A DNA stretch of 64,000 nucleotides, taken from contig JBJKUR010000007.1 in NCBI GenBank assembly GCA_045563055.1, positions 70,913 to 134,912 on the forward strand, given 5' to 3'. The stretch comes from Alphaproteobacteria bacterium. Lineage in GTDB: Bacteria; Pseudomonadota; Alphaproteobacteria; Methylaequorales; Methylaequoraceae. The first letter of the stretch is position 1, and the number at the start of each line of letters is the position of its first letter. Below the pieces are notes generated by a model. That model did not search any database. It was not told where the DNA came from and saw only the letters and a list, made by a program, of their open reading frames with translations. Shown in pieces: positions 50,541-59,580 of the stretch. The translations under genes and the position numbers were made by a program.

Positions 50541-51110
50541 CTAGCCCTTCACAAAACTTTGTATGATCTTATACGCTTTATTAATATTTTTCATTTTCAT
50601 TTCTTTGTTTAGTAAATTATTTTTCACATCTGGATGATATTTCTTTACTAATGATTTATATTTTTTCTTCAGTTGATCCTCAGTTACATTTGCTTTCAAC
50701 CCCAGGACTATTAAAGAACTTTCAACTTTTTCATTTAATTTTGAGTTTATATTATTTTCTTGATTTTTGTTCTTTTTTTTAAATTTCATTTTGTGCTTAT
50801 CAAAATAATATTTGAACTGGAATTTTATTTTTGAAGCCGAACCATTTTTAGAGAAAGGTCTGGTTGGTTTGCCATCAAATAGGTCGTTCTTCTGGAAATC
50901 ATATATTTCTTTCTGGGACTTTCCTGCAAAATAATTCCACCTTTTGTTATATAGCTTAATATGCTCAAGACAAAAAAAGTATTTTTCAGAACTGTTGGGC
51001 GATTTAGGGGCCACATATTCTCCATTTTTTTCACAATTAACCTCATCACATTGTTTGATATTAGAATCTTGCTTAAAAAATTTTGAATGAATATTTGATT
51101 TTTTTTTCAT
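50541..51110 (-). CDS. J-domain protein (C-terminal DnaJ domain)
   Basis: LGLKANVTEDQLKKKYKSLVKKYHPDV contains the HPD motif. The N-terminus is Cys-containing (CDEVNCEK...FCLEH). Confidence 0.7.
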   Translation of the reverse strand: MKKKSNIHSKFFKQDSNIKQCDEVNCEKNGEYVAPKSPNSSEKYFFCLEHIKLYNKRWNYFAGKSQKEIYDFQKNDLFDGKPTRPFSKNGSASKIKFQFKYYFDKHKMKFKKKNKNQENNINSKLNEKVESSLIVLGLKANVTEDQLKKKYKSLVKKYHPDVKNNLLNKEMKMKNINKAYKIIQSFVKG

Positions 51111-51131
51111 AATGTATTTATTATTTAATAT

Positions 51132-51386
51132 ATGAATGAATCAATAATTTACAAAAAACTATATAAAAAGTTTAGTCCTAATTATCTAAAGGTCGAAAAT
51201 GAATCCCATTTACATAAAAATCACCCACAGAGTCCGAAGGGGGGGAATAGTCATTTCTTTGTTGAGATAAGGTCTGATTTTTTCAAAAAATTAAATATGG
51301 TTCAAAGTCATAGAGAAATATTTAATGTTTTATCTGATGAGATGAAAAATGGTCTGCATGCTCTAAGAATAAAAATTAGGAATTAA
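51132..51386 (+). CDS. bolA: BolA-family protein
   Basis: 84 aa with VENESHLH..H....SHF and ..HALRIK. Confidence 0.75.
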   Translation: MNESIIYKKLYKKFSPNYLKVENESHLHKNHPQSPKGGNSHFFVEIRSDFFKKLNMVQSHREIFNVLSDEMKNGLHALRIKIRN

Positions 51387-51838
51387 CTTCCATATCCTGT
51401 TCCAAACATGAATTCTTGATGCTTTTTTAAAGAATCTTGTAGTTCGTTATTAGCATAATCATAAAGATCTCTCATAGATAATATACCCACAATTTTTTTT
51501 TTACTAACAACAGGTAAATGTCTGAAACCTTTTGTTCGCATAACCTGGATTGCATCAATCGTGGTTTTATTTGGAGATATAGTTTCAACATTCTTAGTCA
51601 TTATTTTTGAGACCTGTGTTCCCTTGGGATCAAGGTTTTTAGGTATTACTTTAAATGTAATATCTCTCTCTGTAACGATTCCGACCAATTCTTCCTCTTT
51701 AGATGAATTGCAAACTAAAAGTGCTCCGCACTTATTTTTTAGCATGCTAACTGACGCTTCAAATGCAGAGGAACCTTGATCTATTATTACGAGACGTTGA
51801 TTTATAAGAACCTTCTCAAGTACCTCTTGAATAATCAC
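51383..51838 (-). CDS. CBS-domain pair protein
   Basis: Two CBS-like repeats (LVGIVTERDI and IVGILSMRDL). Confidence 0.7.
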   Translation of the reverse strand: MIIQEVLEKVLINQRLVIIDQGSSAFEASVSMLKNKCGALLVCNSSKEEELVGIVTERDITFKVIPKNLDPKGTQVSKIMTKNVETISPNKTTIDAIQVMRTKGFRHLPVVSKKKIVGILSMRDLYDYANNELQDSLKKHQEFMFGTGYGS

Positions 51839-51881
51839 AATTTAACTCCCCATTATAGTATAATACTAAAATCAGGAAATT

Positions 51882-53159
51882 TTAAATATTTTTTGAAATT
51901 TTTAGCATTAGTATTTGATTATTCTTTTTTGACAGGATTTCAAACCTAAGACCAAAGAAGGAGAAAACTTGACCTTTTTTTGGAATTATTCTGCTTTCGT
52001 ATAAAATCAGTCCTGCGACTGTGGAAGCATTCCCGACTGGGATATTTGTATCAATTTGTTTATTAAGGTCTCGGATATTTACAGTGCCATGGACTAAATA
52101 ATTATTTTTTGATGTTGATTTTATACCATTTATATTCCTTGGTAATTTTAATACATCTAACTCATCATCTATATCACCAACAATCTCTTCTATGATATCT
52201 TCTAAAGTTATAATTCCAAGAAATTCACCGTACTCATCTACAACTAATGAAAAGTGTTCTTTTCTTTTTTTAAAAGCCATCAATTGATTATCTAACTTAG
52301 TAGATTCGGGGATAAACCATGGTTTCTGACAAAAGTTAAGAACTTTAAATTTTTTGTGATCAATATAATTTTCGCCGATTAACTTCCTTACATACAAGAC
52401 TCCCACAATATTTTCGGGGTTGTTTTCCCATATTGGTATTCTTGAATGTGGAGAATTTTTCAATTTTGTTATCAATTCATCATATTTAATTGATGCAGGA
52501 ATACTAAATATATCTTTTCTTGAAATCATTATTGAACCAACTGTGATTTCATCTAAATCCAAAATTGATTTAAGCATTTGTTTTTCTTCATTCCCAGTAG
52601 AATTTTTGCCATGCAAATCAATCGCTCCTCTCAACTCTTCTTCACTTTTTTCAAGTATTTCTTCTTTACTTGAGTCCTTATAATCAACCCCTACTAACTT
52701 TAAAATAAAGCTTACGATAAAGTTTAGTATTTTTGTCAATGGATAAAGAATGATAATAATCACTCTAATGATTGGAGAAATTTTAAGCGCAAATTTATCA
52801 GCATTAGATAACGCAAGTGTTTTAGGTATTAACTCTCCAAAAATTAAAATCATTAAAGTCATAATAATAGTTGCATAAAAAATTCCCTCGGTCTCAGTTA
52901 CTTCGATGAGAATTTTAGTTGCTAATGCAGACGCCAGAACATTTACTAAGTTGTTAGCAAATAGTATTGTGCAAATCAATTGCTCTTTGTCTTTGAAAAT
53001 TTTTTCAAATATACCAGCATTTTTCTTCCCAGATCTTGCTAGCGTATGCATCCTCGGTTTTGATGCAGAGGTCAGTGAGGTTTCTGTCCCAGAAAAAAAT
53101 GCCGATAAAAAAACCAACCCTATAATTGAACCTATTAAAATTGATAATGAAAATTCCAT
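51882..53159 (-). CDS. CNNM/TlyC-family transporter-associated protein (DUF21 + CBS pair + CorC_HlyC)
   Basis: Four N-terminal TM segments, a CBS pair, and a C-terminal transporter-associated domain. Confidence 0.8.
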   Translation of the reverse strand: MEFSLSILIGSIIGLVFLSAFFSGTETSLTSASKPRMHTLARSGKKNAGIFEKIFKDKEQLICTILFANNLVNVLASALATKILIEVTETEGIFYATIIMTLMILIFGELIPKTLALSNADKFALKISPIIRVIIIILYPLTKILNFIVSFILKLVGVDYKDSSKEEILEKSEEELRGAIDLHGKNSTGNEEKQMLKSILDLDEITVGSIMISRKDIFSIPASIKYDELITKLKNSPHSRIPIWENNPENIVGVLYVRKLIGENYIDHKKFKVLNFCQKPWFIPESTKLDNQLMAFKKRKEHFSLVVDEYGEFLGIITLEDIIEEIVGDIDDELDVLKLPRNINGIKSTSKNNYLVHGTVNIRDLNKQIDTNIPVGNASTVAGLILYESRIIPKKGQVFSFFGLRFEILSKKNNQILMLKISKNI

Positions 53160-53162
53160 TGT

Positions 53163-54269
53163 TTAATTTAACTCATTTCTTAAAAATTTTTTTAAAATTA
53201 TTTCGTTTTCCAAGAATAATCTTATTGGCTGTCCAATTCCTTTAATTAATACAAGTTTTATTTTGTCATTTTTTATTTTTTTATCAAATTTCATGTGCTT
53301 AATAAAATTAGATGGTGACGTTTTTATATTATAGTCACTAAGCTGGAAAGGAATTTTAATTTGGTTTAAATGATCAATATAACTTTTCAAAATTGATTTA
53401 TTACAAAGTTTCATAAAAATAGAAAATTTTATGGCGAGATACATTCCTAAGAAAATAGATTCACCGTGGAGTATTTTTTTGGAATAACCTGTTATAGATT
53501 CAATCGCATGTCCAAAAGTGTGTCCGAAATTAAGAATTTCTCGAATTCCTGATTCCTTTTCATCTATTGAGACAATCTTTGCTTTAATCAAACAACTCTT
53601 CTTAATTGCATAAATACAACTTTTGGAATCTAATTTAAGCAGCTTTTTACCATTAATCTCAAGCCATTTAAAAAATTCTTTATCTTTAATAAATGCATAC
53701 TTGAGAATCTCTGCATAACCAGATTTTATCTCTCGTTTGGGTAGAGTTTCTAACATTTCTGTAGAGATTATTACAGCTTTTGGTTGTTTGAAGGTGCCAA
53801 TTAAGTTTTTACCATACTTAGAATTTATTCCAGTTTTTCCGCCAACTGAACTGTCAACTTGTGATAGAAGTGTTGTGGGAATTTGAATTAAATCTACTCC
53901 TCTTAGTAACAACGAAGATGCTAAAGACACCAAGTCTCCCAAAACTCCTCCCCCTAAACAAATTAACAAAGCATTTCTGTCAATTCCTGTTTTTAGGATT
54001 TTTTCAACTAAAAATTCAAGATATTTGAAACTTTTTATTTTTTCTCCTCCTGCAATAGAAATAACCTCACATCTTAAATTTTCTTTAAAATCTTTTTCAA
54101 TTAACTTCCCCCATTTTTTTGAGATTATTTTATCTGTGACAACTATAATTTTAGTATATTTATTTTTCTTTGGTATAAACTTATTCAATGATTTTAAAAG
54201 GTCTCTTCCAATATAGATTTCATATGAGTTTTTATTAAGGGATACTCTGTAGTTATCAAATTTTTTCAT
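53163..54269 (-). CDS. aroB: 3-dehydroquinate synthase
   Basis: GGGVLGDLV, DSSVGGKTGIN and NFGHTFGHAIE. Confidence 0.93.
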   Translation of the reverse strand: MKKFDNYRVSLNKNSYEIYIGRDLLKSLNKFIPKKNKYTKIIVVTDKIISKKWGKLIEKDFKENLRCEVISIAGGEKIKSFKYLEFLVEKILKTGIDRNALLICLGGGVLGDLVSLASSLLLRGVDLIQIPTTLLSQVDSSVGGKTGINSKYGKNLIGTFKQPKAVIISTEMLETLPKREIKSGYAEILKYAFIKDKEFFKWLEINGKKLLKLDSKSCIYAIKKSCLIKAKIVSIDEKESGIREILNFGHTFGHAIESITGYSKKILHGESIFLGMYLAIKFSIFMKLCNKSILKSYIDHLNQIKIPFQLSDYNIKTSPSNFIKHMKFDKKIKNDKIKLVLIKGIGQPIRLFLENEIILKKFLRNELN

Positions 54270-54789
54270 AGTGCATTAGAGCTTTAAGTATTTTAGATAA
54301 GATATCTGAAATTGAAGTTTCTTCCACATCGATGGTTATATGAGACTTTGCATAATACTTTATTCTCTCTGTATACATCTGTTTCAAGGTTTCTTCAAGC
54401 TTTCCTTCATTAAGCATAGGACGGTTGGAAATATTTTTTTTCAATCGAGAAATTAAATAATCTATCTTAGCCTTTAAAAAAATGCACGTTGATTCGTTTA
54501 GTATAATATCTATTATCTCTTTGTCATAAAAAATACCAGCACCTGGAGAAATAACGGAATATTTATATTTATAAAAATTTTCAATGAAAATACTCTTTTC
54601 AATTTTTCTAAATTCGTCTTCTCCGTAAGTTTTAAAGAAATCTTTTATTTTTAAATTAGTAGCTTTTTCGATTTCAATATCTATGTCTATAAAACTACAA
54701 GAGATTTCTTTTGATAGAAATCTTCCCACGGTGGTTTTCCCTACTCCGGTCATTCCAACTAGGACTATATTGTTTTTTTTTAATTTCAT
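54256..54789 (-). CDS. aroK: shikimate kinase
   Basis: LVGMTGVGKTTVGR P-loop. It overlaps aroB. Confidence 0.9.
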   Translation of the reverse strand: MKLKKNNIVLVGMTGVGKTTVGRFLSKEISCSFIDIDIEIEKATNLKIKDFFKTYGEDEFRKIEKSIFIENFYKYKYSVISPGAGIFYDKEIIDIILNESTCIFLKAKIDYLISRLKKNISNRPMLNEGKLEETLKQMYTERIKYYAKSHITIDVEETSISDILSKILKALMHYEKI

Positions 54790-54972
54790 TTTAAATATTT
54801 ATATAAATAATAAAATTTTTGAAATTTATTTGTTATTATTATAAAACAAAGAATACAATTTAATGGTATATGAATAAATTGATAATAAAAATTTTAATTT
54901 CAGTAACTGCAATTTTTGTGTTGTTCATAATTTATTTGGGATCTTCAGATTTTATAATAAACCCAAGATTAG

Positions 54973-56649
54973 TTGAGAGCGAGTTTAGTATTGAAGATTA
55001 AAAATTTAATAAAGCTTACCTTAATAATATTTTTTATAAATATAACCAGCTCCTTCGCTAACAATCGAATCTTTGATGATATAAATCCTTTACAAGGGTC
55101 AAAAGGAGAATTTTTGTCTGAATTCTCATACGCAGAGGGATCTAATGAAAAATTTGGTAAACTTTTTTACGGAAAATCTTTTAAGCAAATCAATGATTTT
55201 TTAGAGAACTTGCCAGTTAAAAATACCGACGAGGTAATTCAAAAGTTGATATATGAGATTCTCTCTTCCAATAAATCTTTTGATAGAAATTTTATAAATC
55301 TCGAACAAGACAAAATGATTTTCAAGACATTGATTAATAAGTTATTTGACACTGGAAGATTAAATGAGATTGAACTTATATACTCTCTAACCAATCAATT
55401 AGAAAATAGTAGTTTTATACTTATGAAGATGATAGAAGGAAATCTTCTTAGGAATAGGCATGGAGAAGCCTGTAAAATAGTCCAGAAAGTTAATCAAGAC
55501 CCAGAACTATTCGGAAAGATAATGATAATATGTAATATTATTAACAGTAAATATGATGAGGCCAAACTTGGCTTACAGCTGTTAAAAGAGCAGAATCAAC
55601 CAGGAGATATTTTCTTTATAGATCTAGCTTTTTCTTTGATGAGTGAGAATGATATTACGGATTCTGATGATTTAAAAAAAAACTTGGACAAGATAAAGCA
55701 GCTTAACCCAATCATTATGTCATCTTTACAATTTGCAGACATTTCTCCAAATTTTGAGCAAATAGAAAACCTGACTACAAGTGGTTTGCTATTTATACTA
55801 TCCAATCCCTCAGTTGATACAGAGCTCAAAATATATTGCTCAGAAATACTTGTAAAACAAGGAAGAATTAGTGTTGAAATGTTGTCTGAGGCCTATCAAT
55901 TAGCCAGATTTGATAAAAAGGAACTGGAAAATGCAGAAAAACTATACAAATCGCTATCTCCAATAAGAGCCAGACCATTACTATATCAATCAATTATCAG
56001 AGACAACAAACCGGAGTCCAAATATAGAAAAATCATATCGCTTCTAGAAATTTCTGTGAATGACGATCTTTTCTCCATAGCATCAAGATTAGTTTTTGAT
56101 GTAGTAGATTTTAAGTCTTATATAGGCAATCAAAAAGAAGCTATTTTAATTTCAAAGATGTATCAATCCAAAGGTGACTTTATTACTTCTAGGGAAATTT
56201 TAAGTGAATTTCTAAAAACAAAAGAAAGTTATATTAGAAAACTTGCCATCGACATTTCTGAACTTATTGAAAATGGTAATCTTAATAATGCTTTAATGGA
56301 AGAAAATCTGAAATATATCGCTGACAATAAATCAGATTCAATTAATTTAGAAAAAATAATTATGGTTTTAATTCAAAATATTAACTTAAATCAAACATAT
56401 TTAGATGATTTATTTAAGATTTCCATTAATGAAAATATTAAATCTAGCGATGTGCAAAATCTCTTTCTAGCAAATAAACTCTCCCAAGAAGCTGATTATT
56501 TTAATTCACTTTCACTGATATTTAATATAATTCAGAATAAGAATTTTTTACAACTAAACCTGATTCAAAGTTACTCCATCTTAATTATTTTGAAAAACTT
56601 GGGTATGAATGAAGAATTTAAAGAACTTTCTTCAAGGATTCTTCTATAA
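54973..56649 (+). CDS. conserved-position hypothetical exported protein (alpha-helical, about 550 aa)
   Basis: Intact ORF. A signal-like KIKNLIKLTLIIFFINITSSFA suggests a start at TTG 54991. It occupies the aroK/xerD slot. Confidence 0.5.
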   Translation: MRASLVLKIKNLIKLTLIIFFINITSSFANNRIFDDINPLQGSKGEFLSEFSYAEGSNEKFGKLFYGKSFKQINDFLENLPVKNTDEVIQKLIYEILSSNKSFDRNFINLEQDKMIFKTLINKLFDTGRLNEIELIYSLTNQLENSSFILMKMIEGNLLRNRHGEACKIVQKVNQDPELFGKIMIICNIINSKYDEAKLGLQLLKEQNQPGDIFFIDLAFSLMSENDITDSDDLKKNLDKIKQLNPIIMSSLQFADISPNFEQIENLTTSGLLFILSNPSVDTELKIYCSEILVKQGRISVEMLSEAYQLARFDKKELENAEKLYKSLSPIRARPLLYQSIIRDNKPESKYRKIISLLEISVNDDLFSIASRLVFDVVDFKSYIGNQKEAILISKMYQSKGDFITSREILSEFLKTKESYIRKLAIDISELIENGNLNNALMEENLKYIADNKSDSINLEKIIMVLIQNINLNQTYLDDLFKISINENIKSSDVQNLFLANKLSQEADYFNSLSLIFNIIQNKNFLQLNLIQSYSILIILKNLGMNEEFKELSSRILL

Positions 56650-57563
56650 TGAGAAATTTTTCTCTTTTAATTGAAAAATATTTAGAAAATTTAGTCATCA
56701 AACAAAATTTATCTAATAATACATTTTTATCATATAAAAATGATTTGATTCAATTCGCTCAATATTTAGAGTTGGAACAATTAGAAGAAGTAAATGAAAC
56801 TAAAATGAACAAATATATAGACTTTTTAGCATCAAGTTATTCAATCTCCACACATTGTAGAAAACTTTCAGCATTGAAGGCATTTTTTTCATTTTTGTGC
56901 AAGAGGCAAATCTTAAGTTATAACCCAGTAAGCTTTATAGAGTTTCCAAAATTTAAAAGGTCGATTCCCAAAGTCTTGACCGAGAAAGATATAAAAAGAA
57001 TAATTGATGAATCCTATCTTGATAATACTTTAAAAGGCCAGAGGTTTTCATTAATGCTGGAAATTCTTTATGCAACCGGTATAAGAGTTTCAGAACTTGT
57101 GAGTTTAAAAATTAGTGATCTTTCTGACGATTTTTCACAAATCTTAATTTTGAATAAAGGTAAAAAACAAAGAATGATACCTTTGATATCAAATGTACAG
57201 AAACTTCTAAGAAAATATATTGTAAAATTAGATTTTAAAAAAAATAAATCTACTAACTTTCTTTTTCCGTCAAACTCTAAAACTGGTCACATCACAAGAA
57301 TACGCTTTTTTCAAATCCTTCAAGAAATAGGGAGTAAACTAGGCATTAGTAGAAGTTTTCTATCTCCTCACAAGATCAGACACTCATTTGCAACACATTT
57401 ATTAGATAGAGGCGTTGACTTAAGGGTTATTCAAGAGTCGTTGGGGCACAAGGACATTTCTACAACACAAATATATACACATGTAAAAACTAGTAAACTA
57501 AAAAAAATTCTTGAAGAAAAGCATAGCTTTCAAAGGAATATCAATAAAATAATTAAAATTTAA
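56649..57563 (+). CDS. xerD: site-specific tyrosine recombinase XerD
   Basis: ATGIRVSEL, HKIRHSFATHLL, LGHKDISTTQIYTHV, and an N-terminal SAM-like domain. Confidence 0.8.
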   Translation: MRNFSLLIEKYLENLVIKQNLSNNTFLSYKNDLIQFAQYLELEQLEEVNETKMNKYIDFLASSYSISTHCRKLSALKAFFSFLCKRQILSYNPVSFIEFPKFKRSIPKVLTEKDIKRIIDESYLDNTLKGQRFSLMLEILYATGIRVSELVSLKISDLSDDFSQILILNKGKKQRMIPLISNVQKLLRKYIVKLDFKKNKSTNFLFPSNSKTGHITRIRFFQILQEIGSKLGISRSFLSPHKIRHSFATHLLDRGVDLRVIQESLGHKDISTTQIYTHVKTSKLKKILEEKHSFQRNINKIIKI

Positions 57564-57630
57564 GTTGTTTTATTTAATTTATTTAGTTAATTAGTTTAAA
57601 GTCATATTTATTAATTTAAACGAGGAAATT

Positions 57631-58608
57631 ATGAGTTTTAAGATTATAGAGCAAGCAAAACCTAGGTTGAATAGAAGTGAATTAGCTGTACCAGGAAGTA
57701 ACCCGTCATTATTTGAAAAAGCTGCAAAGAGTAAAGTTGATGTAATTTTTCTTGATCTAGAAGACGCTGTAGCGCCTGATGAAAAAGAACAAGCTAGAAA
57801 AAATATTATTGATGGTCTTAATGACCTAGACTGGGGAAACAAAACACTTTCAGTTAGAATTAACGGATTAGACACTCACTTTATGTATAAAGACGTTGTT
57901 GATTTAATTGAAAAGGCACCCGGTAAATTGGACTTAATTATGATACCAAAAGTTGGAACTATTTCTGATGTTTATGCAGTTGATATGTTGTGCACACAAG
58001 TTGAGGATGCCATGGGCCTCGAAAAAAGAATTGGATTTGAACTTATTATTGAAACAGCCCTGGGTATGCAAAATGTTAATGAAATTGCTTCATATTCACG
58101 TAGGCTGGAATCACTACACTTTGGAGTAGCAGATTATGCAGCCTCAACAAAAGCCAAAACAACAGTCATTGGTGGCCCTAATCCTAATTATCATGTTCTA
58201 ACAGATAAAGATGGAGAAAAAATTAGAGAAAAACATTGGGGCGATATGTGGCATCATGCCGTTTCCAAGATGGTAATTGCAGCAAGGGCCAATGGGTTGA
58301 GGCCAATTGACGGACCTTTTGGCGATTTCAATGATCCTGATGGTTACATAGCACAAGCTAATAGATCAGCCACTTTAGGGTGTGAAGGTAAATGGGCAAT
58401 TCATCCAAGTCAAATAGACTTAGCAAATGAGGTTATGAGCCCGTCTGATAAGGAAGTTACACAGGCCAAAAGAATCCTCGAAGCAATGGAAGTTGCAAAA
58501 AAAGAAGGTAAAGGTGCCGTTTCCTTGGACGGTAGATTAATAGATATTGCATCAATCCGCCAAGCAGAAGTTCTAGTGCAGAAAGCAAAGCTAATAGAGG
58601 CCAACTAG
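57631..58608 (+). CDS. mcl: L-malyl-CoA/beta-methylmalyl-CoA lyase (HpcH/HpaI-CitE family)
   Basis: RSELAVPGSNP..., DVIFLDLEDAVAP, IMIPKV and SLHFGVADYAAS. Confidence 0.8.
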   Translation: MSFKIIEQAKPRLNRSELAVPGSNPSLFEKAAKSKVDVIFLDLEDAVAPDEKEQARKNIIDGLNDLDWGNKTLSVRINGLDTHFMYKDVVDLIEKAPGKLDLIMIPKVGTISDVYAVDMLCTQVEDAMGLEKRIGFELIIETALGMQNVNEIASYSRRLESLHFGVADYAASTKAKTTVIGGPNPNYHVLTDKDGEKIREKHWGDMWHHAVSKMVIAARANGLRPIDGPFGDFNDPDGYIAQANRSATLGCEGKWAIHPSQIDLANEVMSPSDKEVTQAKRILEAMEVAKKEGKGAVSLDGRLIDIASIRQAEVLVQKAKLIEAN

Positions 58609-58619
58609 ATTCTTGAAAG

Positions 58620-59576
58620 ATGCAAAATTTTTTAGACTTCGAAAAACCTTTGCTTGAAATCAGGTCAAAGATTGAAGAGCTAAGACATCTTAAAGACACG
58701 AGTGATAATATCGCAAATGAGCTTACAACTCTTCAAGAAAAGTTTGATAAAACACTTGATGAGATTTATGATAATTTAACTCCTATTCAAAAGGTAAAAG
58801 TTTGTCGACATCAAGATAGACCAAAGTTTGATGAAATTGTAAAAAGAATCTTTGATAATTTTGAGGTTATATGTGGTGACAGGCTTTTTTCAGATGATGC
58901 ATCTATTAAGGGAGGCTTGGCGAAAATTGATAATAAGAAATTTTTAGTGTTAGGAAATGACAAAGGAATAGATATAGATACAAGAGTGAAAAATAATTTT
59001 GGTATGGCAAAACCAGAGGGATACCGTAAAGCTCAAAGATTATTTAACCTAGCAAGTAAATTCAAGTTGCCAGTAGTGACCTTTATAGATACACCCGGAG
59101 CATTTCCTGGTGTGGAGGCTGAGGATAGAGGACAATCTGAAGCGATTGCGAGCTCTATAAAATGTTCCGTTAATTTAGAATCACCCATTTTTTCATTTAT
59201 AATTGGCGAGGGAGGATCCGGTGGAGCAGTTGCACTTGCAACTGGTAATAAAGTTATAATGCTTGAACATGCCATATATTCTGTTATTTCTCCAGAGGGT
59301 TGTGCGTCAATTTTATGGCGATCAGCAAATGAATCTGAAAAAGCCGCAGAGTCACTGAAACTTACAGCACAAGATCTTTTAGAGTTAGATGTAATAGATG
59401 AAATTATAAAAGAACCAAGGGGAGGAGCTCATAGGGATGTAACTGATGTATGTAATCGAATAAAAGAATGTATATTAAGAATTGATAGAGAGTTCGATGG
59501 CGTAGCTCCAAAAAAAATAATCAGTCAAAGAGAAGAGAAATACCTTTGTATGGGAAAAAAATTTTTAGTTAACTAA
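58620..59576 (+). CDS. accA: acetyl-CoA carboxylase carboxyltransferase subunit alpha
   Basis: FIDTPGAFPGVEAEDRGQSEAIA and GEGGSGGALA-like motifs. Confidence 0.95.
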   Translation: MQNFLDFEKPLLEIRSKIEELRHLKDTSDNIANELTTLQEKFDKTLDEIYDNLTPIQKVKVCRHQDRPKFDEIVKRIFDNFEVICGDRLFSDDASIKGGLAKIDNKKFLVLGNDKGIDIDTRVKNNFGMAKPEGYRKAQRLFNLASKFKLPVVTFIDTPGAFPGVEAEDRGQSEAIASSIKCSVNLESPIFSFIIGEGGSGGAVALATGNKVIMLEHAIYSVISPEGCASILWRSANESEKAAESLKLTAQDLLELDVIDEIIKEPRGGAHRDVTDVCNRIKECILRIDREFDGVAPKKIISQREEKYLCMGKKFLVN

Positions 59577-59580
59577 AAAA

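Noticed and set aside
56649-57563. Tyrosine recombinase as a marker of an integrated mobile element.
   Set aside because: The sequence and the aroK-aroB neighbourhood fit chromosomal XerD. I saw no flanking repeats, tRNA target or phage/transposon genes.
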